Origin: an uncultured Clostridia bacterium
Lineage (GTDB): Bacteria; Bacillota; Clostridia; Christensenellales; UBA1750
Assembly (NCBI GenBank): GCA_947625765.1
Contig: CANQPP010000003.1
Span: 29,138-93,137, forward strand
Length of the DNA: 64,000 bases
Direction: 5' to 3'
Below, one piece after another: positions 19,664-28,962 of this stretch. The stretch's first letter is position 1; the number at the start of each line of letters is the position of its first letter. Under the pieces are notes generated by a model. It did not search any database. It was not told the origin of the DNA and worked only from the letters and a program-made list of their open reading frames with translations. The translations under genes were made by a program, and so were the position numbers.

Positions 19664-21981
19664 TTACAGGAGCAGCGACGTTTCCGGCAGGCCTTCCGTG
19701 CGGACGGTCAGGAGCGGGTGGCTCGACTCGCGGCGCAGCACGGCCAGGGCGCGACCCCGCCAGAGCGCGCAGTCGGCGGCGGCGTAGCTGTCCGTTGTGC
19801 AGGGGTCCGCGGAGCCCAGTCCCAGCAGGCGGCAGCCCTGCGTGGAGACGAACACGCGCCTTTCTCCGGGACAGAGCACGCCCTTCTCGTCGCGCAGCTC
19901 GATGTGCACATAGCGCAGCTTGGTGCCGGGCATGTTCTTGTCCTCCGCCCGCAGGACAAGGCGCGCGGGCGTGCCCGCGGTCCGAAGTGTGCAGCGGCCC
20001 AGTTCCCTGCCCTGTTCGTCCAGGGAGACCGCCTCCAGGACGCCGGGGGCATAGCTGACCGTAAAGGCGGCGCGGTGCTCCCGCACAGGCTGCTCGTCCA
20101 GCGTTTCTCCGTTTAAGACAAGGCGCACGACGCCCTCCCTTGCGTACACGGTCACAGCGGCGGGCTTTCCCTCGAAGCCGGGATAGTTCCAGCACTCCAG
20201 CAGATCCGGCCAGCCCCAGCGGGTCGTATACTCCTTCTGGCCGAAGCGGGACGGGTGCTGCACGCCCAGGAAGGGCCGGGTGCGGTCCGTCCAGAGGAAG
20301 TCGCGGTAATGGGACTGGGGCGCTTGCGGCCGGTCAGGTCCAGGTCGCCGCAGTAGGCCAGCCGCCAGGGATAGCCGCAGGGGCTCTCCTCGCTGCCGTA
20401 CCAGCTGCGGCCGATGCCCGCCTCGCCGATGTAGTCCCAAGCGGTCCAGACGAAGTCGCCGATCAGGTAGGGATGTTTCTCGACCGCGCGCCAGTTCTCC
20501 GCGGCCTCCATGGGGAAGGACTCAGTGCCCACGAACACGCGGGACGGGAACAGGCCGTGGTCCTTCTCGTAGCGGTCCAGCAGGTAGTTGTAGCCGCAGA
20601 CGTCCAGCGGGGCCAGGTAGTCCTCGGACTTCATCGCCCAGTAGTCCTTGCCCTCGCCCTCCTCCAGCGTGGACATGGTGTTGAGCGCCATCTCCTGCAG
20701 CTCGGTCTCCTCGAAGAAGCCGCAGATGGCGTTGGTCACGGGGCGGGTCCTGTCCAGCGAGCGGACCTTCTCCGCCAGCCGGGCAGACCACGCGGCCCCG
20801 TCGGACATGCCACTGCGCTCCTGCACCTCGTTGCCCGTGGACCAGAGGATCACGCAGGCGTGGCGGCGGTCGCGGCGGACCATGGCCTCCAGCTGCTGCT
20901 CCCAGGTCTCCTCGAAGTAGAGGTGCTCGTCCGCGGCGCGCTTGCCCTCGCGCCAGGCGTCGAAGGCCTCGTCCACCACGTACAGCCCCAGGGCGTCGCA
21001 GGCGCGCAGGAAGCTGGCCGAGTGCGGGTCGTGGGCGCAGCGCACGGCGTTGAAGCCGTTCTCCTTCATCAGCCGGGCCTTGCGGTATTCTGCGCCGCGA
21101 TGGCTGGCCGTGCCCAGAAGGCCATTGTCGTGGTGGATGCAGCCGCCCTTGAGCTTGACCGGCTGCCCGTTGATGAGCAGGCCCTGCTCGGCGTTCACGG
21201 CCACGGTGCGCACGCCGCAGGGGACCTCCTCGGTATCCAGGACCTCGCCCTTCGGCCCCAAAACCTCGGCGCGCAGGCGGTAGAGGTGCGGGTCTTCCGC
21301 GCTCCAGAGGCGGCAGGGGGAAAGCTGCGCCTCCGCGCAGGCCTGACCGTCTTGGGCTTCGGCTTCCATATCCAGCAGCGTCTCGTCCCCGTCTATCAGA
21401 GAAAAGCGGACGCGGCCGGCCTCGGGAGAGACCTCTGCGTTCAGCCGCAGGGAGGCGCCTTCCTCCGTCAGGGAGATCGTGTCCAGCCAGAGCCCGTCGG
21501 GCAGTATGTAGGCAGGCGCGGCGGCGGAGAGCAGCTCCACGCCCCTGTACACGCCCGCGCCCGGGTACCAGCGGGAGGCGGGCAGGGGCCCTGCGTTCAC
21601 GCGCAGCTGCACGGTGTTCTCGCCCTCGTGCAGCCTTCCCGTGAGCCAGACCACAAAGGGAGAATAGCCGCTCTTGTGCAGCGTCAACAGCTGGTTGTTG
21701 ACCCGCACCTCACACAGGCGGTAAACGCCGTCGAAGTACAGGCAGCAGGGGGACGCCGCGGCCTGCGCATCCACATGGAAGCGCTTCTCGTAATAGCCCA
21801 TGCCGTCGGGATAGAACGCCTCGTTGGTCCCACCGGGCGAGGCCGGGTCGGGCTCCAAGGCGATGCGGAAATCGTGGGGCAGGTCCACGGGGCGGCCCTG
21901 CCCGCGGACGGCGCGGCGGACCCAGTCCTCGTGCCGGGCATATTCAAACAGCCAGTTCGCGTTGAAATCCTGGTGGCGCAT
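19664..21981 (-). pseudogene. GH2 glycoside hydrolase with a one-base frameshift near 20317-20320 (pseudogene or sequencing error)
   Basis: RWYPGAGVYR, KGGCIHHDNG, WSTGNE, GDFVWTAWDYIGE in one frame; after GDLDLTGRKRP the expected QSHYRDFLW continues in another frame. Confidence 0.85.
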
Positions 21982-22243
21982 AAAGAATGACCTCCTTGCA
22001 GTCGAGACCGGGCCGCGCCCGGCGCTACCCGTATGATACCGCAGAACAGGGCGGCCCGTCAATTGAAGGGGAAACAAAAACCCGCCCAGGCATCGGAAAA
22101 ACGCCGGAGCGGGTGGGGGTTCAGGCACGCTTATGCAAGGGAACACCCTTGTACAGAAGCGCATCCTTTGTTCATTGAGTCAATCGACACCAAAACCTTC
22201 TGTTAATGCTTCCAGTTTACCCTTTGGAGATACATGCTCAAAA

Positions 22244-22423
22244 TTAGCCCTCTCTCCAATAGTTGCATCCATTCCTGTCGCTCGGACGGTTATATCCACC
22301 ATATCCGCCATCGCAATAAACTCTGCCATTAGAATCAGTGTTGTTCCAATCTGCGTACCGACAATCACGACAATTCCCATAGAACGTGCCCTCTGGTAGC
22401 CTGATTTCAACCATGCAAGACAT
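22244..22423 (-). CDS. Small Cys-rich protein (~59 aa), CxxCxY...C...CxxW
   Basis: GAGGTG RBS before ATG at 22423; CRDCRY...VYC...GCNYW; last gene of the AT-rich operon. Confidence 0.7.
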   Translation of the reverse strand: MSCMVEIRLPEGTFYGNCRDCRYADWNNTDSNGRVYCDGGYGGYNRPSDRNGCNYWREG

Positions 22424-22438
22424 TATTTTCACCTCTTT

Positions 22439-22864
22439 TCATACGACATTTAGTGTGTCGCTCTTTATTTTTATTGCATCCCCATTCTGCATTGCCAAAT
22501 AAGATACGATCTTTTTCTCAGGCAGCACAACAATAGGGAAATACAATTTACCAATACTCGACGGCATCGCTTGCATAATTGTTGTAATGTAAGCGATGTC
22601 TCCATCCGATAAAGTATCCACCCCCCAAAAGTGCGTATGAAAAATGCCCTGGAATGTGATTCCTTTCTGTTGCCATTTTTCAATAATCCCGTTCAAAAAA
22701 GTAACATTTGGCGTATAAAAACAGCCCTTATGCACAGAACGACTTTTATCAAACACACACTCGCAAATTGTATTGTCAACACTGCCCAAAATTCCCCCAG
22801 TTTCAGGAGGTGCAGAAGGTACAGTATTTAAAATATAATCACGAGTATTTCTCAAAATATTCAT
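22439..22864 (-). CDS. JAB/MPN (JAMM) metalloprotease domain protein
   Basis: ETGGILG plus exact JAMM motif H-x-H-x7-S-x2-D (HTHFWGVDTLSDGD). Confidence 0.88.
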   Translation of the reverse strand: MNILRNTRDYILNTVPSAPPETGGILGSVDNTICECVFDKSRSVHKGCFYTPNVTFLNGIIEKWQQKGITFQGIFHTHFWGVDTLSDGDIAYITTIMQAMPSSIGKLYFPIVVLPEKKIVSYLAMQNGDAIKIKSDTLNVV

Positions 22865-22877
22865 TGCATTGTCCGTC

Positions 22878-23147
22878 TTAATTCTTCCAAAAATTCACAG
22901 CAAAAGTCCAAATTTTCACAATGGCCAAGAAGAAAAGGCGCATAAGCTCTATTACTCCGAGGAAAAACGCTGAAACTATAATTAAGGTATACCGTAGCCA
23001 GCGCTTTTGAGGTGTTTGCAGTGATATATGGAACTTGTTTTCAAGATAGGCTACGAAGTTTTTTCCCGCTTTGATCCCATATATAAGGAATGAATAGATG
23101 TATGCTGCTATCAATAGAATTAATAGAACTATGTCAAATGTACTCAT
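22878..23147 (-). CDS. Small two-TM membrane protein
   Basis: GAGGT RBS, ATG at 23147; two hydrophobic stretches. Confidence 0.7.
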   Translation of the reverse strand: MSTFDIVLLILLIAAYIYSFLIYGIKAGKNFVAYLENKFHISLQTPQKRWLRYTLIIVSAFFLGVIELMRLFFLAIVKIWTFAVNFWKN

Positions 23148-23197
23148 CGATGTAAACCTCACATTTCTTTTTTTCGTTCAAGCCTGCATTTTATCCG

Positions 23198-23422
23198 TTA
23201 ATAACGCCATTCACCAGAATGATCCATATATTGCTCCCCCGGTTTGCGCCATCCACCGGCTTCGTCAACATACTCGTCATTCGGGCCTCTCCATGCTCCA
23301 GTAATATCGACATAGTCGTCATCTGGAGTCCTCCACCCGCCCGCAGAATCTACATAATCCTCATCAGGCATGCGCCACGCGCCTGAAGCGTCCATGTACT
23401 GTTGCTTTTTCCATCTTGGCAT
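23198..23422 (-). CDS. 74-aa protein of five 14-aa repeats (Y-[MV]-D-x-x-G-x-W-R-x-P)
   Basis: AGGAGG RBS; YMDASGAWRMP / YVDSAGGWRTP / YVDITGAWRGP / YVDEAGGWRKP / YMDHSGEWRY. Confidence 0.85.
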   Translation of the reverse strand: MPRWKKQQYMDASGAWRMPDEDYVDSAGGWRTPDDDYVDITGAWRGPNDEYVDEAGGWRKPGEQYMDHSGEWRY

Positions 23423-23437
23423 TATGCATGTTCCTCC

Positions 23438-23824
23438 TTACTTTGTCTTGTTTTGGTCAACAACTAATTCTGCCAATCGGGAAATCAAGACTTCCATTCC
23501 TCCATCCTTAAAATTGTCACAGATATATCCCATCGTAGAAAACCATGGTCCAAACCTTACATCGTTTCTTTTGCAGACATACGTCCTCCCTGCCTCCCCT
23601 TGAAAACTCTCACAGTAAGTACAAGTATGGCAAGAATCTGGACCAGCTTGAGATCGGAACCCTGCAATCAGCAAGGCCCTATCCCCATCCCGAACAAATT
23701 TTGTACATACATCTGACCCTCTAACTTCACAACGCCGCAGTGTACAAACAAATCTTCTTCTGCCAAAGAATTTTCTTTTTGAAATATAGTACTTACATAA
23801 TCTACACTTTTTCTCAATAGTCAT
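23438..23824 (-). CDS. Protein with two tandem Cys4 motifs
   Basis: AGGAG RBS; CRLCKY...FVC...VCTKF and CHTCTY...YVC...ICDNF. Confidence 0.75.
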   Translation of the reverse strand: MTIEKKCRLCKYYISKRKFFGRRRFVCTLRRCEVRGSDVCTKFVRDGDRALLIAGFRSQAGPDSCHTCTYCESFQGEAGRTYVCKRNDVRFGPWFSTMGYICDNFKDGGMEVLISRLAELVVDQNKTK

Positions 23825-23851
23825 ATCGTCTTCTCCTCTTGCTCGGCTTTC

Positions 23852-24039
23852 TTTGACATATAAGTGTACTTTTTTGTAAGATAACTACGTAGGCTCAATT
23901 CCCTACTAATAAGCAAAAAAATAAGTATAACACTAGAAAAAGTATTGCAATTATCCTCTATCTATGCAATAATATAGAGGTCACAACGTGTATGGCGTTT
24001 GTGTGAGGCTCTTACAAAAAAGTACACTTTTCTGTAAGA
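23852..24039. promoter_or_regulatory. Promoter region flanked by a perfect 20-bp inverted repeat (candidate invertible switch or operator pair)
   Basis: AAGTGTACTTTTTTGTAAGA (23862-23881) is the exact reverse complement of TCTTACAAAAAAGTACACTT (24010-24029). Confidence 0.65.
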
Positions 24040-24085
24040 CTTTCCAAGAAAGCGCCGCATCGCAAAAAATTCCTTTCATAAAGCC

Positions 24086-24131
24086 AAAAGCATGGCCTGT
24101 CCCTCGTAAGTCAGACAGGCCATGCTTTTTT
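24086..24131. terminator. Bidirectional terminator
   Basis: AAAAGCATGGCCTGTC / GACAGGCCATGCTTTT. Confidence 0.8.
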
Positions 24132-24148
24132 GCATGTTTTTGTCAGTT

Positions 24149-25318
24149 TCAGCCCCAGCGCTGCCCGAGGGCCTGCAGGAGGGCCTCCAGCGTGGTATCG
24201 TCGGGCGGACCTCCTATGCAGGTGAGGGAGGCGGCGAATCTTCCCTTGACGGCCACGGCTTCCATGCCGTTTTTGGCCAGATACACTCGATCCAGGCCGG
24301 GAACGGCCGCCGTGCTCCAGCCATCGCCGCCCGCTTGTCCCGCCAGTGCCTTCCCCTGCAGGGCGCGCGCGATGTCCTCGCCGGAGCCAAAGCGCAGGGC
24401 ATAAACGCGCTCAAAGAGGGCGTAGCCCGCGCCGCCGTCGGTGCGCAGGGGCTGATACAGGTCGTACGTCTCGGCGAGCAGGGAGGCGGAGCGCTCGATC
24501 TTCCCCTCCCTGTCCGGCAGGAACACGGGCACGCGCTCGCCCGCAAGGCCCGCTTCCTCCAGCAGGACGTAAGGCCCGTCGGCTTCTTTGGGCAGGGGCG
24601 ACGTCCGGCCCGTACCGACCTGGGCAAGGCAGAGCGCAAGGCTTAAAACACAGAGCAGCAGGAGCGCGCCGGCCGTGATTTTGTGCGCCTTTTGCCCGCG
24701 GCCGCTGCGGTCGATGGGCAGCCCCTTGGACAGCCGACGCCGAAGCAGGGCTAAACTTACGGCGGCGTGGATGGAAAAATACAGGTTCGCCGCCAGGAAG
24801 CAGAGGAAGAACAGCATAAGGCCCGTGGATGTGACGAAGCTCATGCGCCACTCGTCCGCAAAGTTCATGAGGGCGGCCGAAAAGCTGTCCGACGCGGCGG
24901 CGGTGAGCAGCAGGTACAGCGCGACCAGCAGGGGCACCTGCAGGAGCGTCAGCCAGGCGTTCGTCCGCAGGGCGCGCAGCGTTTCCGCCTGCTGGGCCGG
25001 GTCGCTGTACAGCTCCTGCACGGGCGCATCCGCCGGGGCGCGGAACACGTGGATAAGCCCGCGGCCGGTCACGTACTCCCAGCCGCAGTCCTCATAGAGC
25101 GCCACCTGTTCCTCCGGCAGGCCCGTCTCTTCCCCAAGCCCTGCGCGCGGGGCCAGCTCCACGCGGTACAGCGCCTTTACGGGCTCTCCTTTGCGGAAGC
25201 GGCTCAAAAACGCGCCCCGCTTTTCCAGCAGCCAGCCCTTCTCCGCCATGCGGGTGTAAAAACGCTCCGTTTCGCCTATGGCGTGGTCGCCGGGCTGCGG
25301 CAGATAGCACCGCTTCAT
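24149..25318 (-). CDS. DUF2812 family membrane protein
   Basis: MAEKGWLL...YEDCGWEYV N-terminal signature; directly downstream of PadR. Confidence 0.8.
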   Translation of the reverse strand: MKRCYLPQPGDHAIGETERFYTRMAEKGWLLEKRGAFLSRFRKGEPVKALYRVELAPRAGLGEETGLPEEQVALYEDCGWEYVTGRGLIHVFRAPADAPVQELYSDPAQQAETLRALRTNAWLTLLQVPLLVALYLLLTAAASDSFSAALMNFADEWRMSFVTSTGLMLFFLCFLAANLYFSIHAAVSLALLRRRLSKGLPIDRSGRGQKAHKITAGALLLLCVLSLALCLAQVGTGRTSPLPKEADGPYVLLEEAGLAGERVPVFLPDREGKIERSASLLAETYDLYQPLRTDGGAGYALFERVYALRFGSGEDIARALQGKALAGQAGGDGWSTAAVPGLDRVYLAKNGMEAVAVKGRFAASLTCIGGPPDDTTLEALLQALGQRWG

Positions 25319-25626
25319 GCCTCATCTTCCCCCTTTTCCAGCATCGCGCCGTCGCGCACCATCCGCTTTAGGCGCTCATATTCCGCCTGCAGTGCCTCTT
25401 TCCCTTGATCGGTGAGCAGGTAGATCTTGCGCCGCTCGTCCAGCGCCTCCAAGCGGATGAGGCCGTCCTTGCGCAGGCGCGTCAGGATCCCGTACAGCGT
25501 CCCCGGCCCCAGCAGCACCCGCCCGCCGGACAGCTCGCGGATGCGCTGCATCAGCCCGTAGCCGTGCCCGGGCGAAAGCAGGGCCAGGAAGATGTAATAC
25601 ATGGCCTCGCTCATGGGCTGGTCCAT
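25315..25626 (-). CDS. PadR family transcriptional regulator
   Basis: MSEAMYYI, HGYGLMQ, LGPGTLYG, RRKIYLLT. Confidence 0.92.
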   Translation of the reverse strand: MDQPMSEAMYYIFLALLSPGHGYGLMQRIRELSGGRVLLGPGTLYGILTRLRKDGLIRLEALDERRKIYLLTDQGKEALQAEYERLKRMVRDGAMLEKGEDEA

Positions 25627-25737
25627 CGCGCCCGCCTCCTTGCCGTCTAACTATTATGCGATACGATATATCGCGTGACACAATAGTACCACGGCGGCGC
25701 GGGCCCGTCAAGGGCCAAACGCGCCCGCACAAACATC

Positions 25738-25769
25738 TTGACAAATCGGCAAGTATATATATATATATA
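25738..25769 (+). promoter_or_regulatory. Promoter with (TA)8 tract upstream of the ABC operon
   Basis: TTGACA at 25738 followed by TATATATATATATATA (25754-25769) covering the -10 position. Confidence 0.5.
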
Positions 25770-25833
25770 GAGAAAGCCTTTTTTGTGTGTCTTTCAAATC
25801 CTTTTGTCCGACCCCCAAGGAGGTTTGCCCCAC

Positions 25834-26613
25834 ATGTCCTGCCCATTTTTGCGCTGCGTTCGCTTTGAGATGCGCCGAGCGTTCCGCTCTCCCCTGTATT
25901 ACCTGATGCAGCTCCTGATCCTCGCCGTCTTCTGCGCGAGTCTGCTCATGAACCGGGGAAGGATACAGCCGGAGGCCGTCGACTGGACGTTCTGGTTCAC
26001 CGCGGGCGTGACCGGCTCCTCCACGCTCCTTCCCCTGGTCGTGAGCCTTCTGTGCGTCGTACCGCACGCCGCCTGGCACAGGGCTGACCTAAGCTCCAAT
26101 TTCCTGCCCTTTTATGTGTTTAGGACGGGCAAGCGAAACTACATCGCGGCCAAATGCGTTTCCATGTTCTGCTTGGGCGCCCTGGTTGTCCTCTGCTCGC
26201 TGCTTGTCTGCCTGCTCCTCTGCCGGGTCCTGTTCCCGTCCCAGCCGACCGCGGAGGGCTGGCTGCCCACCTTCCTGTTTTCGGGCCTGTACCGCCGCTC
26301 GCCGCTGACTTACTGCCTGTTGCTGATCGGCAACGCGGGCCTGCACGCCGGGATCTTTTCCCTCGTCGGTCTGGCGCTTTCCGGGCTTTCGGCCAAGACG
26401 TACACCGCCCTCATCGGGCCCTTCGTCGTCTCCATGGTGCTGCACGTGGTCTTTAGCCTGGCGGGGCTTCCCGGGCTCTCTCCCCTGTCCCTGCTCATGC
26501 CGGAGTTCAACGCCAACACCACGGCCGCGCAGGTATACGGGGAGGCGTTTACCCTGATGGCGGTCAGCGTCCTGGCCTTCTCCTTCCTCGGGAGAAAGAA
26601 CCTAACAAAATAA
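25834..26613 (+). CDS. ABC-2 type permease-like membrane protein
   Basis: AGGAGG RBS, about 6 TM segments, RTGKRNYIAAK; in an operon with an ABC ATPase. Confidence 0.75.
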   Translation: MSCPFLRCVRFEMRRAFRSPLYYLMQLLILAVFCASLLMNRGRIQPEAVDWTFWFTAGVTGSSTLLPLVVSLLCVVPHAAWHRADLSSNFLPFYVFRTGKRNYIAAKCVSMFCLGALVVLCSLLVCLLLCRVLFPSQPTAEGWLPTFLFSGLYRRSPLTYCLLLIGNAGLHAGIFSLVGLALSGLSAKTYTALIGPFVVSMVLHVVFSLAGLPGLSPLSLLMPEFNANTTAAQVYGEAFTLMAVSVLAFSFLGRKNLTK

Positions 26614-26629
26614 AAGTGTGGGGGAAGCC

Positions 26630-27433
26630 ATGAAAACGATCCTCAAGCAGGCGGCGGCCGGGTTCCGCCGCACGCTGCACGACCCAGCCCTCCTCATCAC
26701 CGTCCTCGTGCTTTTCTTCTTCCTGAGGTTCTTAAACGGCTCCGAAATCGCCCTCATCCGCGCGCGGGGCATCTCCCTGGCCGAGGTCGTGTTTCAGGGC
26801 CTGCAGTCCATGAACGTCGTGGCCCTGCTCTACGTCCCGCTGTTCCTGCTTTTGTGCAGGGAGCTTGCGCCCGCGCCCTTCGACCTGTTCGTCCTGCCAA
26901 GGAGCGGCGTGTGCGGATGGAGCGGGTCCCGGGTCGTCCTTGTGCTCCTGCAGGCCCTCGCGTTCGCCTCTCTTTTGGCCCTTCTCGTTTCCTTGAGCGT
27001 GTTCCCCGCCTGGCTCTGGCGGAACGAATGGGCCCTGGACGGCTTTCTGCTCGGTGGGCAGGGCTCGACCCTTTCCGACAGCTTGATCTATTCCATGACG
27101 CCGCTTTCCTGCGCGTTGGTCCAGTGGGCACAGCTTGCCTGCCTGTTTGTCCTGCTCGGGCTTTTAGCCGACCTGCTCACGCTGCTGTTCGGCCAAAGGC
27201 TCGGCATGGTCACAACGTTCCTCGTGCAGTTTCTCCTTTACGGCGCTTACTGGCTCCCCCTTCCGGGGCCTCTCCGCTGGCTTTCCTATCGTTGCTTCTT
27301 CTTGAGCGAGTACGGCAGCTTCCTAGAGCTTTTGGCCGCGGGAGGCGCGGCGCTCGCCTTCCTGACCGCGCTTACGTTTCTTTGCCAAGCGGCGGCGCGG
27401 AGATACAAATGGTACGCGGTGAAACGAACATGA
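26630..27433 (+). CDS. ABC permease-like membrane protein
   Basis: Multi-TM ORF, translationally coupled to the next gene. Confidence 0.7.
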   Translation: MKTILKQAAAGFRRTLHDPALLITVLVLFFFLRFLNGSEIALIRARGISLAEVVFQGLQSMNVVALLYVPLFLLLCRELAPAPFDLFVLPRSGVCGWSGSRVVLVLLQALAFASLLALLVSLSVFPAWLWRNEWALDGFLLGGQGSTLSDSLIYSMTPLSCALVQWAQLACLFVLLGLLADLLTLLFGQRLGMVTTFLVQFLLYGAYWLPLPGPLRWLSYRCFFLSEYGSFLELLAAGGAALAFLTALTFLCQAAARRYKWYAVKRT

Positions 27434-28194
27434 TCGGAAGAGCGCTGCGCTGGAACCTGGCGATCCAGTTCCGCCAAAGGGAGCTGCTGTGGGCCCCCCT
27501 GGCCGGGCTGTTTTACCTTGCGGTCTCGTATGTCCAGCTCCTGCCCGCCCGCGAGGGGCTCACGCCGCAGGCCGTTCAGTTGGTGGTCTACGGCGGCATG
27601 GCCGCGGGGGAGTTCACGCTGCTGCCGCCCGCGAAAATGGGCGTGTATCTGGCCCTGTTCGTGCGCGTTCTGGCCAATACCGCGCAGCAAAGGGACAGTG
27701 TCCTGCCCTACTGCGTGAGCCGCTGCGCCTCCTGCCGGGCCTGGGTCGCTGGGGAGCTGAACGCCTCCCTCCTGCTGGCCTGCCTCTGGGCGCTGCAGCT
27801 GCTGTGCTGCGAATTTCTGTTGTGCGCCGTGTTTCATGAAACTCCTTTTACAGGCGCGCGGGCCCTTGTGAGCGTTCAGCTTTTCTTGCTGGATACCGCC
27901 GCCTTTTTCTCGGTCGCGGCGCTGTTTGCCGCGCTCAACACGGCCGCGGGCAGGGCCTTGAGCGCCTCCCTCTGCGTCCTGTTGGGCGTTATGTCGCTTG
28001 TCTTTTATCCCCTCTGCTTCGTCCTGCCCTATGGCTTTTGCTTTGCGTTGAGGACCCGGCTGTTGGGCGGCGAGGGCTGCGCCGGGCCTCTGGCGCTTTT
28101 CGGTCTATTCGGCGTTCATTATTTGCTGCTGTTTGCATTTCTTTTTCACAAAAGGGAAGCGGGATCAAAAGGAGGATGTTTCGATGAACGGTAA
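27430..28194 (+). CDS. ABC permease-like membrane protein
   Basis: ATGA overlap with the upstream gene; multi-TM. Confidence 0.7.
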   Translation: MIGRALRWNLAIQFRQRELLWAPLAGLFYLAVSYVQLLPAREGLTPQAVQLVVYGGMAAGEFTLLPPAKMGVYLALFVRVLANTAQQRDSVLPYCVSRCASCRAWVAGELNASLLLACLWALQLLCCEFLLCAVFHETPFTGARALVSVQLFLLDTAAFFSVAALFAALNTAAGRALSASLCVLLGVMSLVFYPLCFVLPYGFCFALRTRLLGGEGCAGPLALFGLFGVHYLLLFAFLFHKREAGSKGGCFDER

Positions 28195-28834
28195 ACCCAT
28201 GGCGATCTGCGTGGAAAACGCCTGCAAGACGCTGGGCGGCCAGCGGATCCTTAACGACATCACCGTAAACTTTGAAAAGGGGAAGGCCTACGGGATCGTG
28301 GGCAGGAACGGCTCGGGCAAGAGCATGCTGTTCCAGGCCATCTGCGGTTTCCTGACGCTGGACCGGGGCCGCGTGACGGTGGGCGGCAGGGTCGTGGGCC
28401 GGGACGTGGACTTTCCGCAGGAGGTGGGCTTCATCATCAACGCGCCCGGCTTCATCGAGAGCTTTTCCGGCCTTGCCAATCTGGAGATGCTGGCCTCCCT
28501 TCGCGGCAGGATCGGCCGGGAGGACATCCAAAGGACGATGCTGCGCGTGGGGCTGGACCCGAAGGAGCCCAAGGCCGTGCGCAAATATTCCACGGGCATG
28601 CGGCAGAGGCTGGCCCTGGCGCAGGCGCTGATGGAGGAGCCGGACATTTTAATCCTGGACGAGCCCATGAACGGGATCGACCGGGAGGGCGTGGAGGATG
28701 TGCTCGCGGTCCTGACCGAGGAAAAGGCGAAAAAGACGACGATCCTACTCTCCAGCCACATACCGGGCGACGTCGAGTCCGTCGCGGACGAGGTATTTTT
28801 GATGGAAAAAGGGTGTTTGAGCCGGATGCGGTAG
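28184..28834 (+). CDS. ABC transporter ATP-binding protein
   Basis: GRNGSGKS, YSTGMRQRL, ILDEP, SSH. Confidence 0.95.
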   Translation: MNGKPMAICVENACKTLGGQRILNDITVNFEKGKAYGIVGRNGSGKSMLFQAICGFLTLDRGRVTVGGRVVGRDVDFPQEVGFIINAPGFIESFSGLANLEMLASLRGRIGREDIQRTMLRVGLDPKEPKAVRKYSTGMRQRLALAQALMEEPDILILDEPMNGIDREGVEDVLAVLTEEKAKKTTILLSSHIPGDVESVADEVFLMEKGCLSRMR

Positions 28835-28962
28835 GGCCGGGGGCGGCAGGAAAGGGAGGAATGCGCGTCGAAATTGTATATGATGCGGGGAAAGAGAGGA
28901 GCGGCAAGGGCCGCCTTCCTCCCGTATCGGCGATGAAGACGGAAAGGTGGAGATAAGAAAAG

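Noticed and set aside
22170-23850. Integron-like cassette array
   Set aside because: ORFs are separated by only ~13-50 bp with no repeated attC-like sites, and there is no integrase
23862-24029. MITE defined by the 20-bp inverted repeat
   Set aside because: No target-site duplication is visible and the dyad symmetry extends beyond the repeat ends, which fits recombination or operator sites better
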